IMG/VR virus record: IMGVR_UViG_3300037504_000366
Length of the DNA: 64,000 nucleotides
Strand: one strand, 5' to 3'
From: an uncultured virus (IMG/VR IMGVR_UViG_3300037504_000366)
Lineage: Duplodnaviria > Heunggongvirae > Uroviricota > Caudoviricetes
Of the stretch, positions 28,741-38,955 are shown piece by piece (position 1 is the stretch's first letter; each line of letters opens with the position of its first letter). Made by a program: the position numbers and the translations under genes. The notes under the pieces are model-generated. The model worked only from the letters and a program-made list of their open reading frames with translations, searched no databases and was not told the origin of the DNA.

Positions 28741-29167
28741 AATGGCGGCTACAGTGCAGGGAACTATCAGGCTGGATTCAGACTTAACCGGGCAATTGCC
28801 CACAAACACATACCGGGTGCTTGCATCTGGGTTAGACAGAAAACCAAAGGTTGCCCTCTCGACAGAGCGCTCCTTAAATGGTACACTACACGTGCACAGA
28901 ATAATGGATGGCTCGGTCCCGCTACAGCACGATGATAGAATATACACATTGCTGCTAGGCCAGTCAGAGGTATCGCAGCTATTGGCGGATCTTGGCAAGA
29001 CAATGTACTTTATGCCTCATATACGAGACGAGGCCGTGCCATTGACATACAGAAAGGTAGTTGTGTTTAAGGCGATCTTGGAGCTGAGAAACCTTGAGGA
29101 TGATCCAATGTTGACATATTTTAGATGCACGATTGAGCTAGAGGAATACGAGGGCGGTACACCGTGA
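28733..29167 (+). CDS. Distal tail protein-like
   Basis: Directly after TMP; TERSLNGTLHV motif. Confidence 0.55.
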   Translation: MTKMAATVQGTIRLDSDLTGQLPTNTYRVLASGLDRKPKVALSTERSLNGTLHVHRIMDGSVPLQHDDRIYTLLLGQSEVSQLLADLGKTMYFMPHIRDEAVPLTYRKVVVFKAILELRNLEDDPMLTYFRCTIELEEYEGGTP

Positions 29168-32100
29168 TACAATCGAGTGAAGTTGCGCTGACCCTTAGTC
29201 AGTACGCCGATCTAATATCGCTCACTAACGATCCTGCTTATCAGGTCATTCTTGAGCAATACTCCCTATCCCCGACTGCAAAGGGGGCTGGGGGCGCGGG
29301 GGTTGTCTACGATAACTTTGACGCTGAGGTATGCAACGACGTTGTGATCAGGGCCTGGGCCACCACTAATACTATTACGGTCGAGACCCTTGCTAGCGAG
29401 GACTCTGTCGATCAGTCTTGGTCACAACAATCGCTCACTGCCGCTAGCATTGGGCCAGTCCCAATAAGCATAGGCGTGTCCGGGGATACGGTGCGCATAT
29501 TCTGGAACGATGGTTCGACCATATACTATTTTGAGTCTACAGACAAAGGCTCTACTTGGGGATCGGCCCAGACTGTGGCCTCCCTGGATGGTGTTAGGTT
29601 TCTTGGTGCTGTCAACACAACCAGATTGCATGTGGCATACGAGAATAGCAGGGCTAATATTGTATTTGCTGTTATAGAGTATGATGCAGGCTGGTCGACA
29701 ACACACAGCGATATTAGATGGCCATACACACCGCAGAGTTTCGATGCTGCACTGGGAACATCTGTGGATGACGCTTCTGCCGCAGAAAATGATGTAGTTG
29801 TAATGGCTACCGACCTACCGCCCATTATAGCAGTGGGCGTCGAGGGCACAGAGCTAACGTACAATTACGAGAGAGTGCAGGGCATCGTTGTGCTGAGGTA
29901 CCAGAATGGCAGGTGGAGCGACCACGAATCAATCGACGTTCTTGACAATGCATCTACGGTCCCGTCAAGAACTCATGTGCGCCTGACTAGATATGACGAC
30001 GGCCTGTTTATGTCCTACCGGCGCATAGACGGTACAGAGAATTACTCGCACGCATCTACAGCAGTATCCAGATCCAAGGATGGGATGAGTTGGGAGATAC
30101 CATACCTGCTCGGCAGTCTGTCCGCTGGACCTATGCCCCTACTCAAGCGTGGGGACCATGTATACTTGGTAGACTCTAGCTCAACATACAGAAGCGGGTC
30201 TACGAGCTACACTCTTGACCCAGAGATAGTATCGGATGTTACAGATTATGTCCTTAACATATCTATATCGCAAGGGGACATCGCTGAATTTCAGATAACG
30301 CTGTCCAATCCATCCGAGGTTGTAGAGGCGCTAACGCCAATCTCGGCCAACTCGGTCTTGCAGTGTAGGATCCATCTTGGGTACATGATCAATGGAGAAT
30401 CGCTGACTGCACAAGTTATCCTCGGAGATGTAGATGTCATCAGCGGCTCGGAGGCATATGCTGCTGACAACTTGGTTATATCCGGCAGAGACATGATGGC
30501 CAGGCTCACCTCTATCCAGTCAGATGTTCCACAAGAGTGGGCATCTCAGCAGATAGGATATGACAACTTTCAGGGCACCAACGAGACAAAGTACAGTGGC
30601 CTGCGACACACAGCTCCACTACAGGGCCGTTGGGAAACAGAGGATAACGAGTTGGTACTAGCGCAATCTGAGTCGGTCGGTGTTGCCTACAATACATTTG
30701 TTGTAGATGCCTGGAACGGCATTGCAAAGTCTGGCATCCAAGTATTCTCGTCGGCTTACCAGGATTATGCCGGGCTCGTATTTAGGGCATACGATATAGA
30801 GAATATGTCGATGGTATGGTATGACGCAGATAGCGATGCTATCTCATTGGTACAACGCACTCAGGGATCAGACACGGTTCTAGACTCAATATCGAGTCTG
30901 GGCTGGCGTCCTGGCACCTGGTATAACTTAATGGTCAGATACCGCTATAACAAGGTCTATGTGTACGGATCAACCGATGGCGTTACTTGGACACTCTATC
31001 TCGAGTACGAGATCCAGGGCCAAGCATCTGGAGCTACTTGGGGCTTTGGAGATCAGCCCGTGATGACAGGCAGAATGGGTTACATTGGGTTTGGATACAC
31101 CCCCACTCCGAGCACGCCGCCACCACCGCCTGTCTCGTTCCCAGAGTTTCCAGAAGATCCAATAGAGGACGAGGAAGAGCCCGGCTGGCCCACCAAGGTA
31201 TATGTATTCACCGCCGATCTCGGGGTATATTACACTGAGAACTTTGGCGGACCTACGGACCCGCAGCCTGACTGGTCGGAGGTCAACAGTGGTCTACCGG
31301 CACTGGACGTCCGGATCGGGTTGCTGGATCCGTTCAATAAAGCAGGCCGTCAATACTTGCTGCTTGAAACCGACAGGGAAATATATCGCCGCGCCGGTGG
31401 GGGTGCGTGGACGTGCATCTTGAGCGACACAGACGCTGAAGATTTGGCAGATACAGGCGCGGACTCCGGCTATCTCTCGTGGATTGCCGTGGACCCGCAA
31501 AATGATGGCCAGCTATATGCTTTGTTTCGCTTTCGCGATGACGTTGGCCTAGACCATAATTACTATGTGTTCAAAAGCACTGACTACGGCGACAGATGGG
31601 TGAACCTGGGACCCATACGGGCTAGCGACTACTCATTTGCATACGCGGACGGCACCTTGGTAGTAGACGGTGCCAATCTCTACGTAGGATTTAATGCATT
31701 CATTGGCGGATACGGCCTCTTCGCATCCAGCAACGACGACGGTTCTAGCTGGACGAGCAGCTCGTCCCTGGGAGGATCCGCCTGGCAGCCCTACGTGATT
31801 CTCAACCGCCTGACACCGAACTCCTGCTACGTTCAAGGCAACGGTACTAATGGTCCCGATCTGTGTGTTTTCGATGTGGGTGGAGCGACATTCACCATAC
31901 TCCAAGATTCACTAGATCTAGGGGATGGCAATAGACCAGATAATATGTGGTTCGATGATGATGACGCGAGCTATCAGAGAGTGTTATTAGATAGCTCCAT
32001 TTACATCACGAATGACGCGTGGACCAGTGTGGAGGACAGCACACCGTCGACTATCACACCTAATATGGACACTATATACCCTGAGATTTGGCCGGGTGGG

Positions 32101-32295
32101 ACCGAGGACTTTATCATTTTTGGCAAGCTAACCCTGGGTGGGGAAACCCCCCACGCGATCTGGGTCATGGAGGATGAGACCAGTATAGCGCCAGTCGGGC
32201 GCGCTGGGACAAACTGTGCGACCTCGCCTTATACAGACGCAATTCCCAACACGTGCGGCGGGGTAGCCTTCTGCGGCATACAGGTGGTCGAATGA
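29164..32295 (+). CDS. Tail tip/hub protein with beta-propeller-like repeats
   Basis: Asp-box-like STDKGSTW, SKDGMSW, STDYGDRW, SNDDGSSW; hub-like ISGRDMMARL. Confidence 0.7.
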   Translation: MIQSSEVALTLSQYADLISLTNDPAYQVILEQYSLSPTAKGAGGAGVVYDNFDAEVCNDVVIRAWATTNTITVETLASEDSVDQSWSQQSLTAASIGPVPISIGVSGDTVRIFWNDGSTIYYFESTDKGSTWGSAQTVASLDGVRFLGAVNTTRLHVAYENSRANIVFAVIEYDAGWSTTHSDIRWPYTPQSFDAALGTSVDDASAAENDVVVMATDLPPIIAVGVEGTELTYNYERVQGIVVLRYQNGRWSDHESIDVLDNASTVPSRTHVRLTRYDDGLFMSYRRIDGTENYSHASTAVSRSKDGMSWEIPYLLGSLSAGPMPLLKRGDHVYLVDSSSTYRSGSTSYTLDPEIVSDVTDYVLNISISQGDIAEFQITLSNPSEVVEALTPISANSVLQCRIHLGYMINGESLTAQVILGDVDVISGSEAYAADNLVISGRDMMARLTSIQSDVPQEWASQQIGYDNFQGTNETKYSGLRHTAPLQGRWETEDNELVLAQSESVGVAYNTFVVDAWNGIAKSGIQVFSSAYQDYAGLVFRAYDIENMSMVWYDADSDAISLVQRTQGSDTVLDSISSLGWRPGTWYNLMVRYRYNKVYVYGSTDGVTWTLYLEYEIQGQASGATWGFGDQPVMTGRMGYIGFGYTPTPSTPPPPPVSFPEFPEDPIEDEEEPGWPTKVYVFTADLGVYYTENFGGPTDPQPDWSEVNSGLPALDVRIGLLDPFNKAGRQYLLLETDREIYRRAGGGAWTCILSDTDAEDLADTGADSGYLSWIAVDPQNDGQLYALFRFRDDVGLDHNYYVFKSTDYGDRWVNLGPIRASDYSFAYADGTLVVDGANLYVGFNAFIGGYGLFASSNDDGSSWTSSSSLGGSAWQPYVILNRLTPNSCYVQGNGTNGPDLCVFDVGGATFTILQDSLDLGDGNRPDNMWFDDDDASYQRVLLDSSIYITNDAWTSVEDSTPSTITPNMDTIYPEIWPGGTEDFIIFGKLTLGGETPHAIWVMEDETSIAPVGRAGTNCATSPYTDAIPNTCGGVAFCGIQVVE

Positions 32296-33524
32296 CTGAC
32301 GCAGTTAAGTTCAGGGACGCCTTATTCTTGGACAGTGCACAACCTATCGTCCTGGAGGACTCCATACGCAAGACCGCCGCGTATGCGGGGGTGCACGACT
32401 TTGATTTCCTCGCAGCAGTTAGAGAGAACTTTTCTGACACAGTATCTGACTGGACGGATTATGACTCCCTTGGATGGAGCATATCGTCTGGATACCTCAC
32501 TGCCACAGGTGGAGGCGGCAGTTGGTACAGAATAATGCATCCTATACAGGTCTCGCCCTCGTTTGTCGCATCGTTTGACACGCACTCCGGCTACCCAGGA
32601 GCATTCCTGTTCAGAGGCAAAGACTCAGTTGGCGACTGTTATATTGCAAGGTGGTCATCCGACTACGTTGGGTTCTCTAGGCTGGATGACTCTGGCGACG
32701 AGACTCAGCTAATGCACGAGCCCGTAGGCGTTTCTGGCAATGCCAGGATACAGGTTGCTGTAAGATTTAGCCTAGACAGCATCTTTGATGACCGCAAGTT
32801 CCTACTTATGAGCATGTTTGTAGATGGTAACTGCGTGGTCGGATACGGTGAGGATATTGGTGGTACGGCATACGACTGGGACGGCAATCAGGTAGGGTTT
32901 GCCATTAATAGCTCGAACACGATCCAGGTAGACAATTTCAGAATAGCAGATATGCACAGGATCGTCGAGTGGACCTCGATAGATCCAGGCGAGACCGCTG
33001 CTACTGGCATGATGAGGGCAATTGCCAATTCCAGAATTGGCAAGATGTGCCGTTATGATGGTACATTGAGGATCTGGCGGCCCGGTGATAGATCGGCGGA
33101 CTTTGCTATCCCTGATGGTAGGCCGACCAAGGTGATGGACCGCCAGAACATGACAGAAACAGCAACGCACATCCGCATGTTGGGGGCTATATACCAGGCC
33201 GATGCATTCGATGACACTGAGGGCGTGGCGCATATGCATAGATTCAAGTCTGGCAATGACCCCAATCTTATGAGCGAGGGAGACACATACACAGAGGCCT
33301 GGCGTGCTCTCCACGATGAACGAGAGGGGCAGACTGTAGCCAAGATCCATATGCCACCCAATCCTTGCTTGGAGACGCACGACCGCGTCTCGTTCGATGG
33401 CAGCGACTGGAGGATTCTGGGTATCAACACAGTGCTGGCCAGAAGCAGCGTAGAAGTCAGATATGTATCTGTAATAGATGCTAGAAAATATCTAGCTCTA
33501 GGTACACCACCAGACAGGAGTTAG
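32292..33524 (+). CDS. Minor tail protein
   Basis: ATGA overlap; C-terminal PNPCLETHDRV pattern of tail-tip proteins. Confidence 0.6.
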   Translation: MTDAVKFRDALFLDSAQPIVLEDSIRKTAAYAGVHDFDFLAAVRENFSDTVSDWTDYDSLGWSISSGYLTATGGGGSWYRIMHPIQVSPSFVASFDTHSGYPGAFLFRGKDSVGDCYIARWSSDYVGFSRLDDSGDETQLMHEPVGVSGNARIQVAVRFSLDSIFDDRKFLLMSMFVDGNCVVGYGEDIGGTAYDWDGNQVGFAINSSNTIQVDNFRIADMHRIVEWTSIDPGETAATGMMRAIANSRIGKMCRYDGTLRIWRPGDRSADFAIPDGRPTKVMDRQNMTETATHIRMLGAIYQADAFDDTEGVAHMHRFKSGNDPNLMSEGDTYTEAWRALHDEREGQTVAKIHMPPNPCLETHDRVSFDGSDWRILGINTVLARSSVEVRYVSVIDARKYLALGTPPDRS

Positions 33525-33526
33525 CC

Positions 33527-34174
33527 GTGCGAAAACCAAAGACGCCCAATATTCCCAACAGGACCGCCACAACCAGGGATGAAAAGACCGAGTTAATGAT
33601 TGGCACCGTGGTTGGCGTGTTGCCGGGTAGTAATTACATTAAAGTGAGACTGACTGGATATGAGGAAAAGTCCATCAATAATGTGATATCTGTTGAGGGC
33701 TTGGGCCTATCAGCAGGCGATAGTATTGTGATTGCCAGGATTCCGAACAGTCGCTCCCTAGTTGCTCTTTCAAAGGTGGCACCTACCACCGGGACCGGTG
33801 ACACGTCCCTAGCCGGGATGGTATATCCACCTACAGATTTTGCTGTAGTTGGAATGAACGATGGGATCTTGTGCACCTGGACGGCCTGGTCCGGGGTGTC
33901 ATACTGCTATCAGGTACAACACAATGCTTCTGCGGCAGAAACCGGCGCGGACTCGTTTTATACCTATGGCTCCCATTTTGTATACAACGACGCGCCCAAT
34001 ACATACAGATACTTTAGAGCCAGGAGTGTTCACTACGATGTCAGGTCTGGTAAGGTGTATTACAGCGGCTGGACATCGTGGGCTGGCGTGAAGGTTAGGA
34101 GAGATATTGTGATGCTAAACAAGATGATAGACAAATACATGAAGAACCACATTGTTGACGGGACCGGGAGCTGA
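33527..34174 (+). CDS. Minor tail protein (OB-fold-like + FN3-like)
   Basis: GTVVGV...LSAGDSIVI; CTW...YQVQ...RYFRARSV...SGWTSW. Confidence 0.55.
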   Translation: MRKPKTPNIPNRTATTRDEKTELMIGTVVGVLPGSNYIKVRLTGYEEKSINNVISVEGLGLSAGDSIVIARIPNSRSLVALSKVAPTTGTGDTSLAGMVYPPTDFAVVGMNDGILCTWTAWSGVSYCYQVQHNASAAETGADSFYTYGSHFVYNDAPNTYRYFRARSVHYDVRSGKVYYSGWTSWAGVKVRRDIVMLNKMIDKYMKNHIVDGTGS

Positions 34175-34178
34175 ATAA

Positions 34179-34805
34179 ATGTTAAATAATACTGACAAAC
34201 GCGGTAATGGCGTTGACTACCACAACCTTGGTAACAGAGACGGGATGCAGGTTGTTGAGGTTCGCTCGCTGGAGTGGCTATACCTGAGCGCTATAGCACA
34301 AGACGATATGGCCGATGCGAGCGAGCCGTTGATGCTAGTTGATCTGAGCGATGCTGCCAATTTCCCGCATGACTCTGACTATGTGGCTAGCGTGTGGCTA
34401 AAGCGGGTCATTCTTGACGCCGACTTGCAAGGTGATTGGGCTGGAACCATCAAGCTCGGCGTGGTTAAGGAAAGCGATGGTACTGACGGTTCAGTTGACT
34501 GGATCTACAAGTTCCAGCTAGAGAGCGTAGACAACCCCACGGACTCAACCAGGGGCATTCATCAGGTAGCTGACTTTACAGTAGACCCGAGAGGATTATC
34601 CTTGCTCGTAGCAAGCAGTGCTCTTAGCTATGTGGTAACCAATGAGTCAACGGACGATAGTGCCCTGTGGAACACGGGGGTTTCCATTACATCGCCTGTC
34701 GGGACTGCTGCACCAGGTGCAGGAGACTTGGTGGCTCTACTTGAAAGAACCAGCGGTTCTGGTACAATCACATACAGGTTAAATGTTCTGTACTCGACGG
34801 ATTAA
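34179..34805 (+). CDS. Probable virion protein
   Basis: Beta-rich ORF in the tail module. Confidence 0.55.
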   Translation: MLNNTDKRGNGVDYHNLGNRDGMQVVEVRSLEWLYLSAIAQDDMADASEPLMLVDLSDAANFPHDSDYVASVWLKRVILDADLQGDWAGTIKLGVVKESDGTDGSVDWIYKFQLESVDNPTDSTRGIHQVADFTVDPRGLSLLVASSALSYVVTNESTDDSALWNTGVSITSPVGTAAPGAGDLVALLERTSGSGTITYRLNVLYSTD

Positions 34806-34808
34806 CAT

Positions 34809-37583
34809 ATGAGAGTAATACACTCTAAGTGGATATCCGGCACCCTGGCCGAGAGGCTAGCTCTGGATACATCCACACTAGAAGTCCCAACATTCTTTCA
34901 CCAGTCTGGGTCCCTGTACTACTGGGACGGATCGTCCTGGGGAGAGATAAGCTCCGCCACTGGCACCAATCTTGCGTATGTGCTGACAGTGGCCGATAGC
35001 GGTGGAGACTACACCTCCATCCAGGCAGCCGTGAATGCACTGGCCAATTCCTACGAAGTAATCCACATTGCCCCTCGCCCTCTTCCGTACTCCGAGAACG
35101 TCCGTATAGAAACGTCGCTCAACAATCTTAGCATACTCGGCTTGAGCGAGTGGCCGCTGCTTACTAGCACGCCAGGGGGCAGCAATCACGCTCTTGTGTT
35201 CGGCGGATCGATAATGCTTGGCACAAGCGGGGGCACGAGAGCGGTCGAAAACATGCACATTACCGGTCACGGCGATGGAGGCGACGCAGTTCAGGTCAAG
35301 ATGGAAACCGGGTCAGTTTACCTATACGACTGCGTTATGTCGTCAGTATCTGGGTTTTATGCCATCAACACTGCCTCAACGGGAGCATATGTGCATATTG
35401 AGAGATGTCTAGCATTTTCTGACGTGTTACTGGGTGGCACGGCCCGCCTTGTCAACACTACGATCACCGGTGATCTGTCTTGCGTGGCTGGAACCGATAT
35501 TATGATCGAAGGATCGCGTATTACTGGCGATCTAGATGTCTCATCCGCTAATTCATGCACGATGGACGGTGCGTCATATGTAGATGGAACAATAACTGGG
35601 ACAGTTACATATAAGAGTGCCGCGCTCGATGCCCACGAGCTGGCGTCAGATCCACACACTGTTTATGCTCTCCTGGCCGGACGATCTGGTGGCCAGGTTA
35701 TCTACGGTGGCGTAGACTCCGGGGATGACTTAACCCTGGAGAGTACGTCGCACGCCACGAAAGGCCATGTGTTACTTAACCCAAACGGTGGGCCTGTATC
35801 TGTTGGGACATCGCTTGGCACTTACGCGTTAAATGTAAACTCTGGAGCAGAGGATGTAATAGCGCAGTTTGAAAGCACAGATTCAAAAGCTCAGATTTAT
35901 ATTAAAGATAGCGGAACAAGTGGCTCCTCCCTGGCCATAGAGAGACAGGGAGATAAGCTAAAGTTTTTTAGCAATGGCATCGAGACGCTAAGGCTCGATA
36001 ACGGCAACCTGGGTATAAACGTTGGCGCAACCGGCACAGATCCATCTTACATTCTACATGCCGAGAGTGCGGCGAGCCAGAGATTCTTGCTAGAAACAAC
36101 CGGCGTTGATACTATACCCCAGTTCAACCTAAAAAACGATGCACAAGAGTGGGCAATTAGAATTGACGGCTCGTCTGCTGACTTGATAGATATACGAAAC
36201 GTTACAGATGGCAGAAGCCCATTTGAGATACTAGTTTCTGCCCCGGATGGACTTATGTCGTTGGATGCAGACGGTGTGAATCTGACAGACGACATTGTAA
36301 TGGCTGACGGAACCGGTATCGGCAATAGCGCCGGCCCAAAGATTACGTTTGATGACTCGGGCAACTACTTTGAGTTCTCTAGCGGGGACATAGGAGTTAA
36401 TACATCATCACCAGACACAGCCTTGCATGTGAGAGACAGTAGTATCGTAACTAAATTTGAGCGAACAGTAACCAGCACAAACGTAGATATATCCACAATG
36501 CAGATACAAGCCACGTCATCGAATGACATGACCGATGGATTTGGACCTGCTATTATTTTTGTGGTTAATGACGACACAGAAACCGGATTGAATATCATAG
36601 GCCGCCTAGCGGCAACTCGGCAAGGTGCCGACAACACAGGTAGGCTTGAGTTCTATTCCGGCGCGGACGCATTGAACATGGTACTAGACGAGGATGGCAA
36701 AGTAGGTATTGGGGACACGCCATCCTGGGGCGCTTTTTCAGTAAGCGCTGACGAGAACCATATATCGCTGATAGAGACTGATGTTGCGGATTATCGTTGG
36801 GATATTGAGGTAAGTGGCGCTCACTTTGTAATTTCCGAATCTGGCACCACAGAGCATTTTTCAATCAGTGACGTTAATGGAAATGTGGGAATTGGTGTCA
36901 ATCCGGCAACGCAGGCTCTGCATGTACAGCGTATCAATAACGCACAGATGTTATTTGAAACGACTGGGCCTAACACTACTCCACAAGTTAATTTAAAAAA
37001 CGACGCGCAAGAATGGGCGATTAGAGTTTACGGTTCGGAGGCAGACCTGCTCGACATTAGGAACGTTACGGACGGTAGAAGTCCATTTGAAATATTGACC
37101 TCTGCGCCGGACGGCCTTATGTCTCTAGATGCAAACGGTGTCAATCTGGCGGACGATATTTTAATGGTCGACGGGGCCAGCATCGGCAACAGCGGCGGGC
37201 CGACGATTGAGTTCGACGATACGAATGATCAATTTGAGTTTACGGATGGGTATATCGGGGTCAGGGAGGACAACTCAATTTTGATTGAGCTTGACCGAAC
37301 AGATAATGCCAATGTGAGCAGCACTTTTGCTGTGGGAGTTTCTTACAATGCCACACAGGACTACATGTATTTAAAAGGTGGTAGCAATTTTGCACTTTTC
37401 GTAACTGACCTGGGTAGAGTTGGTGTCGGTGCGTCGAATCCAGGTTCCTTGATGGAATGGGATTTCGCAACCGAGAATTTGGGATTCGTAGACGCTGGCT
37501 CTGCCGGCGCGACTGCGCAAGACTGGATTGAAGTGCAAGTTGGCGGCGTTACTGGCTACATTCGTGTATATGCAAGCAAGTAG
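34809..37583 (+). CDS. Tail fibre / receptor-binding protein
   Basis: GDYTSIQAAV beta-helix entry motif; repeated G[NK]VGIG...P...LHV units; internal duplication. Confidence 0.85.
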   Translation: MRVIHSKWISGTLAERLALDTSTLEVPTFFHQSGSLYYWDGSSWGEISSATGTNLAYVLTVADSGGDYTSIQAAVNALANSYEVIHIAPRPLPYSENVRIETSLNNLSILGLSEWPLLTSTPGGSNHALVFGGSIMLGTSGGTRAVENMHITGHGDGGDAVQVKMETGSVYLYDCVMSSVSGFYAINTASTGAYVHIERCLAFSDVLLGGTARLVNTTITGDLSCVAGTDIMIEGSRITGDLDVSSANSCTMDGASYVDGTITGTVTYKSAALDAHELASDPHTVYALLAGRSGGQVIYGGVDSGDDLTLESTSHATKGHVLLNPNGGPVSVGTSLGTYALNVNSGAEDVIAQFESTDSKAQIYIKDSGTSGSSLAIERQGDKLKFFSNGIETLRLDNGNLGINVGATGTDPSYILHAESAASQRFLLETTGVDTIPQFNLKNDAQEWAIRIDGSSADLIDIRNVTDGRSPFEILVSAPDGLMSLDADGVNLTDDIVMADGTGIGNSAGPKITFDDSGNYFEFSSGDIGVNTSSPDTALHVRDSSIVTKFERTVTSTNVDISTMQIQATSSNDMTDGFGPAIIFVVNDDTETGLNIIGRLAATRQGADNTGRLEFYSGADALNMVLDEDGKVGIGDTPSWGAFSVSADENHISLIETDVADYRWDIEVSGAHFVISESGTTEHFSISDVNGNVGIGVNPATQALHVQRINNAQMLFETTGPNTTPQVNLKNDAQEWAIRVYGSEADLLDIRNVTDGRSPFEILTSAPDGLMSLDANGVNLADDILMVDGASIGNSGGPTIEFDDTNDQFEFTDGYIGVREDNSILIELDRTDNANVSSTFAVGVSYNATQDYMYLKGGSNFALFVTDLGRVGVGASNPGSLMEWDFATENLGFVDAGSAGATAQDWIEVQVGGVTGYIRVYASK
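36093..37241 (+). repeat. Internal 95-codon duplication in the tail fibre (36093-36377 and 36957-37241)
   Basis: NLKNDAQEWAIR...DIRNVTDGRSPFEIL.SAPDGLMSLDA.GVNL occurs twice at a constant 864-nt offset. Confidence 0.9.
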
Positions 37584-37591
37584 GAGGAACT

Positions 37592-37852
37592 GTGGCAACG
37601 TCTAAAAGCTGGACAGCAGTGGATATCGAGCAAGGTAAATTTACTGTGTTGAACGTAGACGGAGTGCTACTTGTTGAGCGGCGCTACCAGTTTACAGATA
37701 AAAACGGCGATGTACTGACCAACATTGCCGGTGGCAGGCTGACGCGAGAGGTTGCGGCATCGTCTGTGCCGGCTGATGTATTGGCAGCGCTGACTACAAT
37801 CAATAACTGGACATATAATCAGATACTCGCACAGGAAGGAATGGAGGATTGA
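37592..37852 (+). CDS. Hypothetical protein (tail fibre-associated)
   Basis: SD AGGAGG, GTG start. Confidence 0.65.
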   Translation: MATSKSWTAVDIEQGKFTVLNVDGVLLVERRYQFTDKNGDVLTNIAGGRLTREVAASSVPADVLAALTTINNWTYNQILAQEGMED

Positions 37853-37853
37853 A

Positions 37854-38222
37854 TTGAAGCTGAGAAGAGTAGTTGAATCTGTACCAGCCCTGAATGAATT
37901 AGCTGGTAATAGCGGAGTTAAAACGGGGGCGGCCTGGAGAGTGGCGTTGTACCTAAAGAAGTGCAACGAACTCCTGGAGTTGTACCAGGAACAGGTTCTC
38001 CCGATATTCGAGGAACACGGTGAACCTCTGCCGGATGGCGGGGGGTACAGGAGGCACACGAAAGACCCAGAGAAGCAACGCATATTCGACGAGGTTCACG
38101 AGGAGTTGTTGGATCAAGAGGTAGATATCGATCCACCGACAATAAAGCTGTCTGAGTTAGGGGAAACAACTCGGCCAAGTTTGTTGATGGTGCTAGACTA
38201 TATGATAGAGAGTGACCTATGA
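37854..38222 (+). CDS. Hypothetical protein, possible tail fibre chaperone
   Basis: EELLDQEVDI...IKLSEL pattern common downstream of fibre genes. Confidence 0.55.
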   Translation: MKLRRVVESVPALNELAGNSGVKTGAAWRVALYLKKCNELLELYQEQVLPIFEEHGEPLPDGGGYRRHTKDPEKQRIFDEVHEELLDQEVDIDPPTIKLSELGETTRPSLLMVLDYMIESDL

Positions 38223-38395
38223 GAAAACTTGTATTAGTGTTGTTTCTTGCACTATCGGGCTGTTGCAAGAAGGACCCGGTTTGTACCAGCAGGTGCAGGA
38301 CAGCCAAGAGTAACTGCATCGAGGTTTCCGCGGCAGAAGTCAGTTGTGGTGTGCTGTATGATGAGTGCATCACCAACTGCCCCTGCTTGGAGTAA
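38219..38395 (+). CDS. Small Cys-rich lipoprotein (58 aa, not in the ORF track)
   Basis: MRKLVLVLFLALSG-CCKKDPVCTSRCRTAKSNCIEVSAAEVSCGVLYDECITNCPCLE*; lipobox LSGC; ATGA overlap. Confidence 0.65.
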   Translation: MRKLVLVLFLALSGCCKKDPVCTSRCRTAKSNCIEVSAAEVSCGVLYDECITNCPCLE

Positions 38396-38400
38396 CTATA

Positions 38401-38952
38401 ATGGAGCTGATCCTTTCGTTAGGGGGATGGCTAGTCAGCCTCATCACCGTAGTAATATCGTACCTGAAATATAGAAGCGACACCGGCTTCAAGAAAGCCG
38501 AGCTATCCACTTCCGAGAAGGATTTCGAGCTCAATGTGAGGAGAGACGAGTTTGAGAAGTGGCGGGAGATCGTCGAGGAGTTACAGGAGGAGAGGAAATA
38601 TCACAGGGCCGAGAGAACGGGGTGGAGTGAGGCAAGAGAGAGATTGGAGAAAAGAATACAGGAGCTCGAGGAGAAAGAAAGGACACAGTCCCACGAGCTG
38701 AAGGAACTGCGTCACTTTTACACAGTTCACACGCAGGAGATAGCCAAACTGCGAGAGGAGAACGAGCAGCTCAGGAATATACTGAGTGGGTATCTCCCGC
38801 CAAGCGTTAATAGGATGCGAATGATGAAACGCATCCCTGTTATAGCGGAAAGGATGGGTGAGTTGTCCGAGGAAAACTCTCTCTCGCCAGAGATGCACAA
38901 TCTGATAGCACAGTTGGGTAAGATCATAAACTATATTGCGGAGGAGGATTAA
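38401..38952 (+). CDS. Membrane-anchored coiled-coil protein
   Basis: N-terminal TM helix then long charged coiled coil; SD GGAG. Confidence 0.7.
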   Translation: MELILSLGGWLVSLITVVISYLKYRSDTGFKKAELSTSEKDFELNVRRDEFEKWREIVEELQEERKYHRAERTGWSEARERLEKRIQELEEKERTQSHELKELRHFYTVHTQEIAKLREENEQLRNILSGYLPPSVNRMRMMKRIPVIAERMGELSEENSLSPEMHNLIAQLGKIINYIAEED

Positions 38953-38955
38953 CCC

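Noticed and set aside
36093..37241. Tail fibre repeat as a DGR template/variable repeat
   Set aside because: Both copies are in-frame within one gene, differences are not adenine-specific, and no reverse transcriptase was seen
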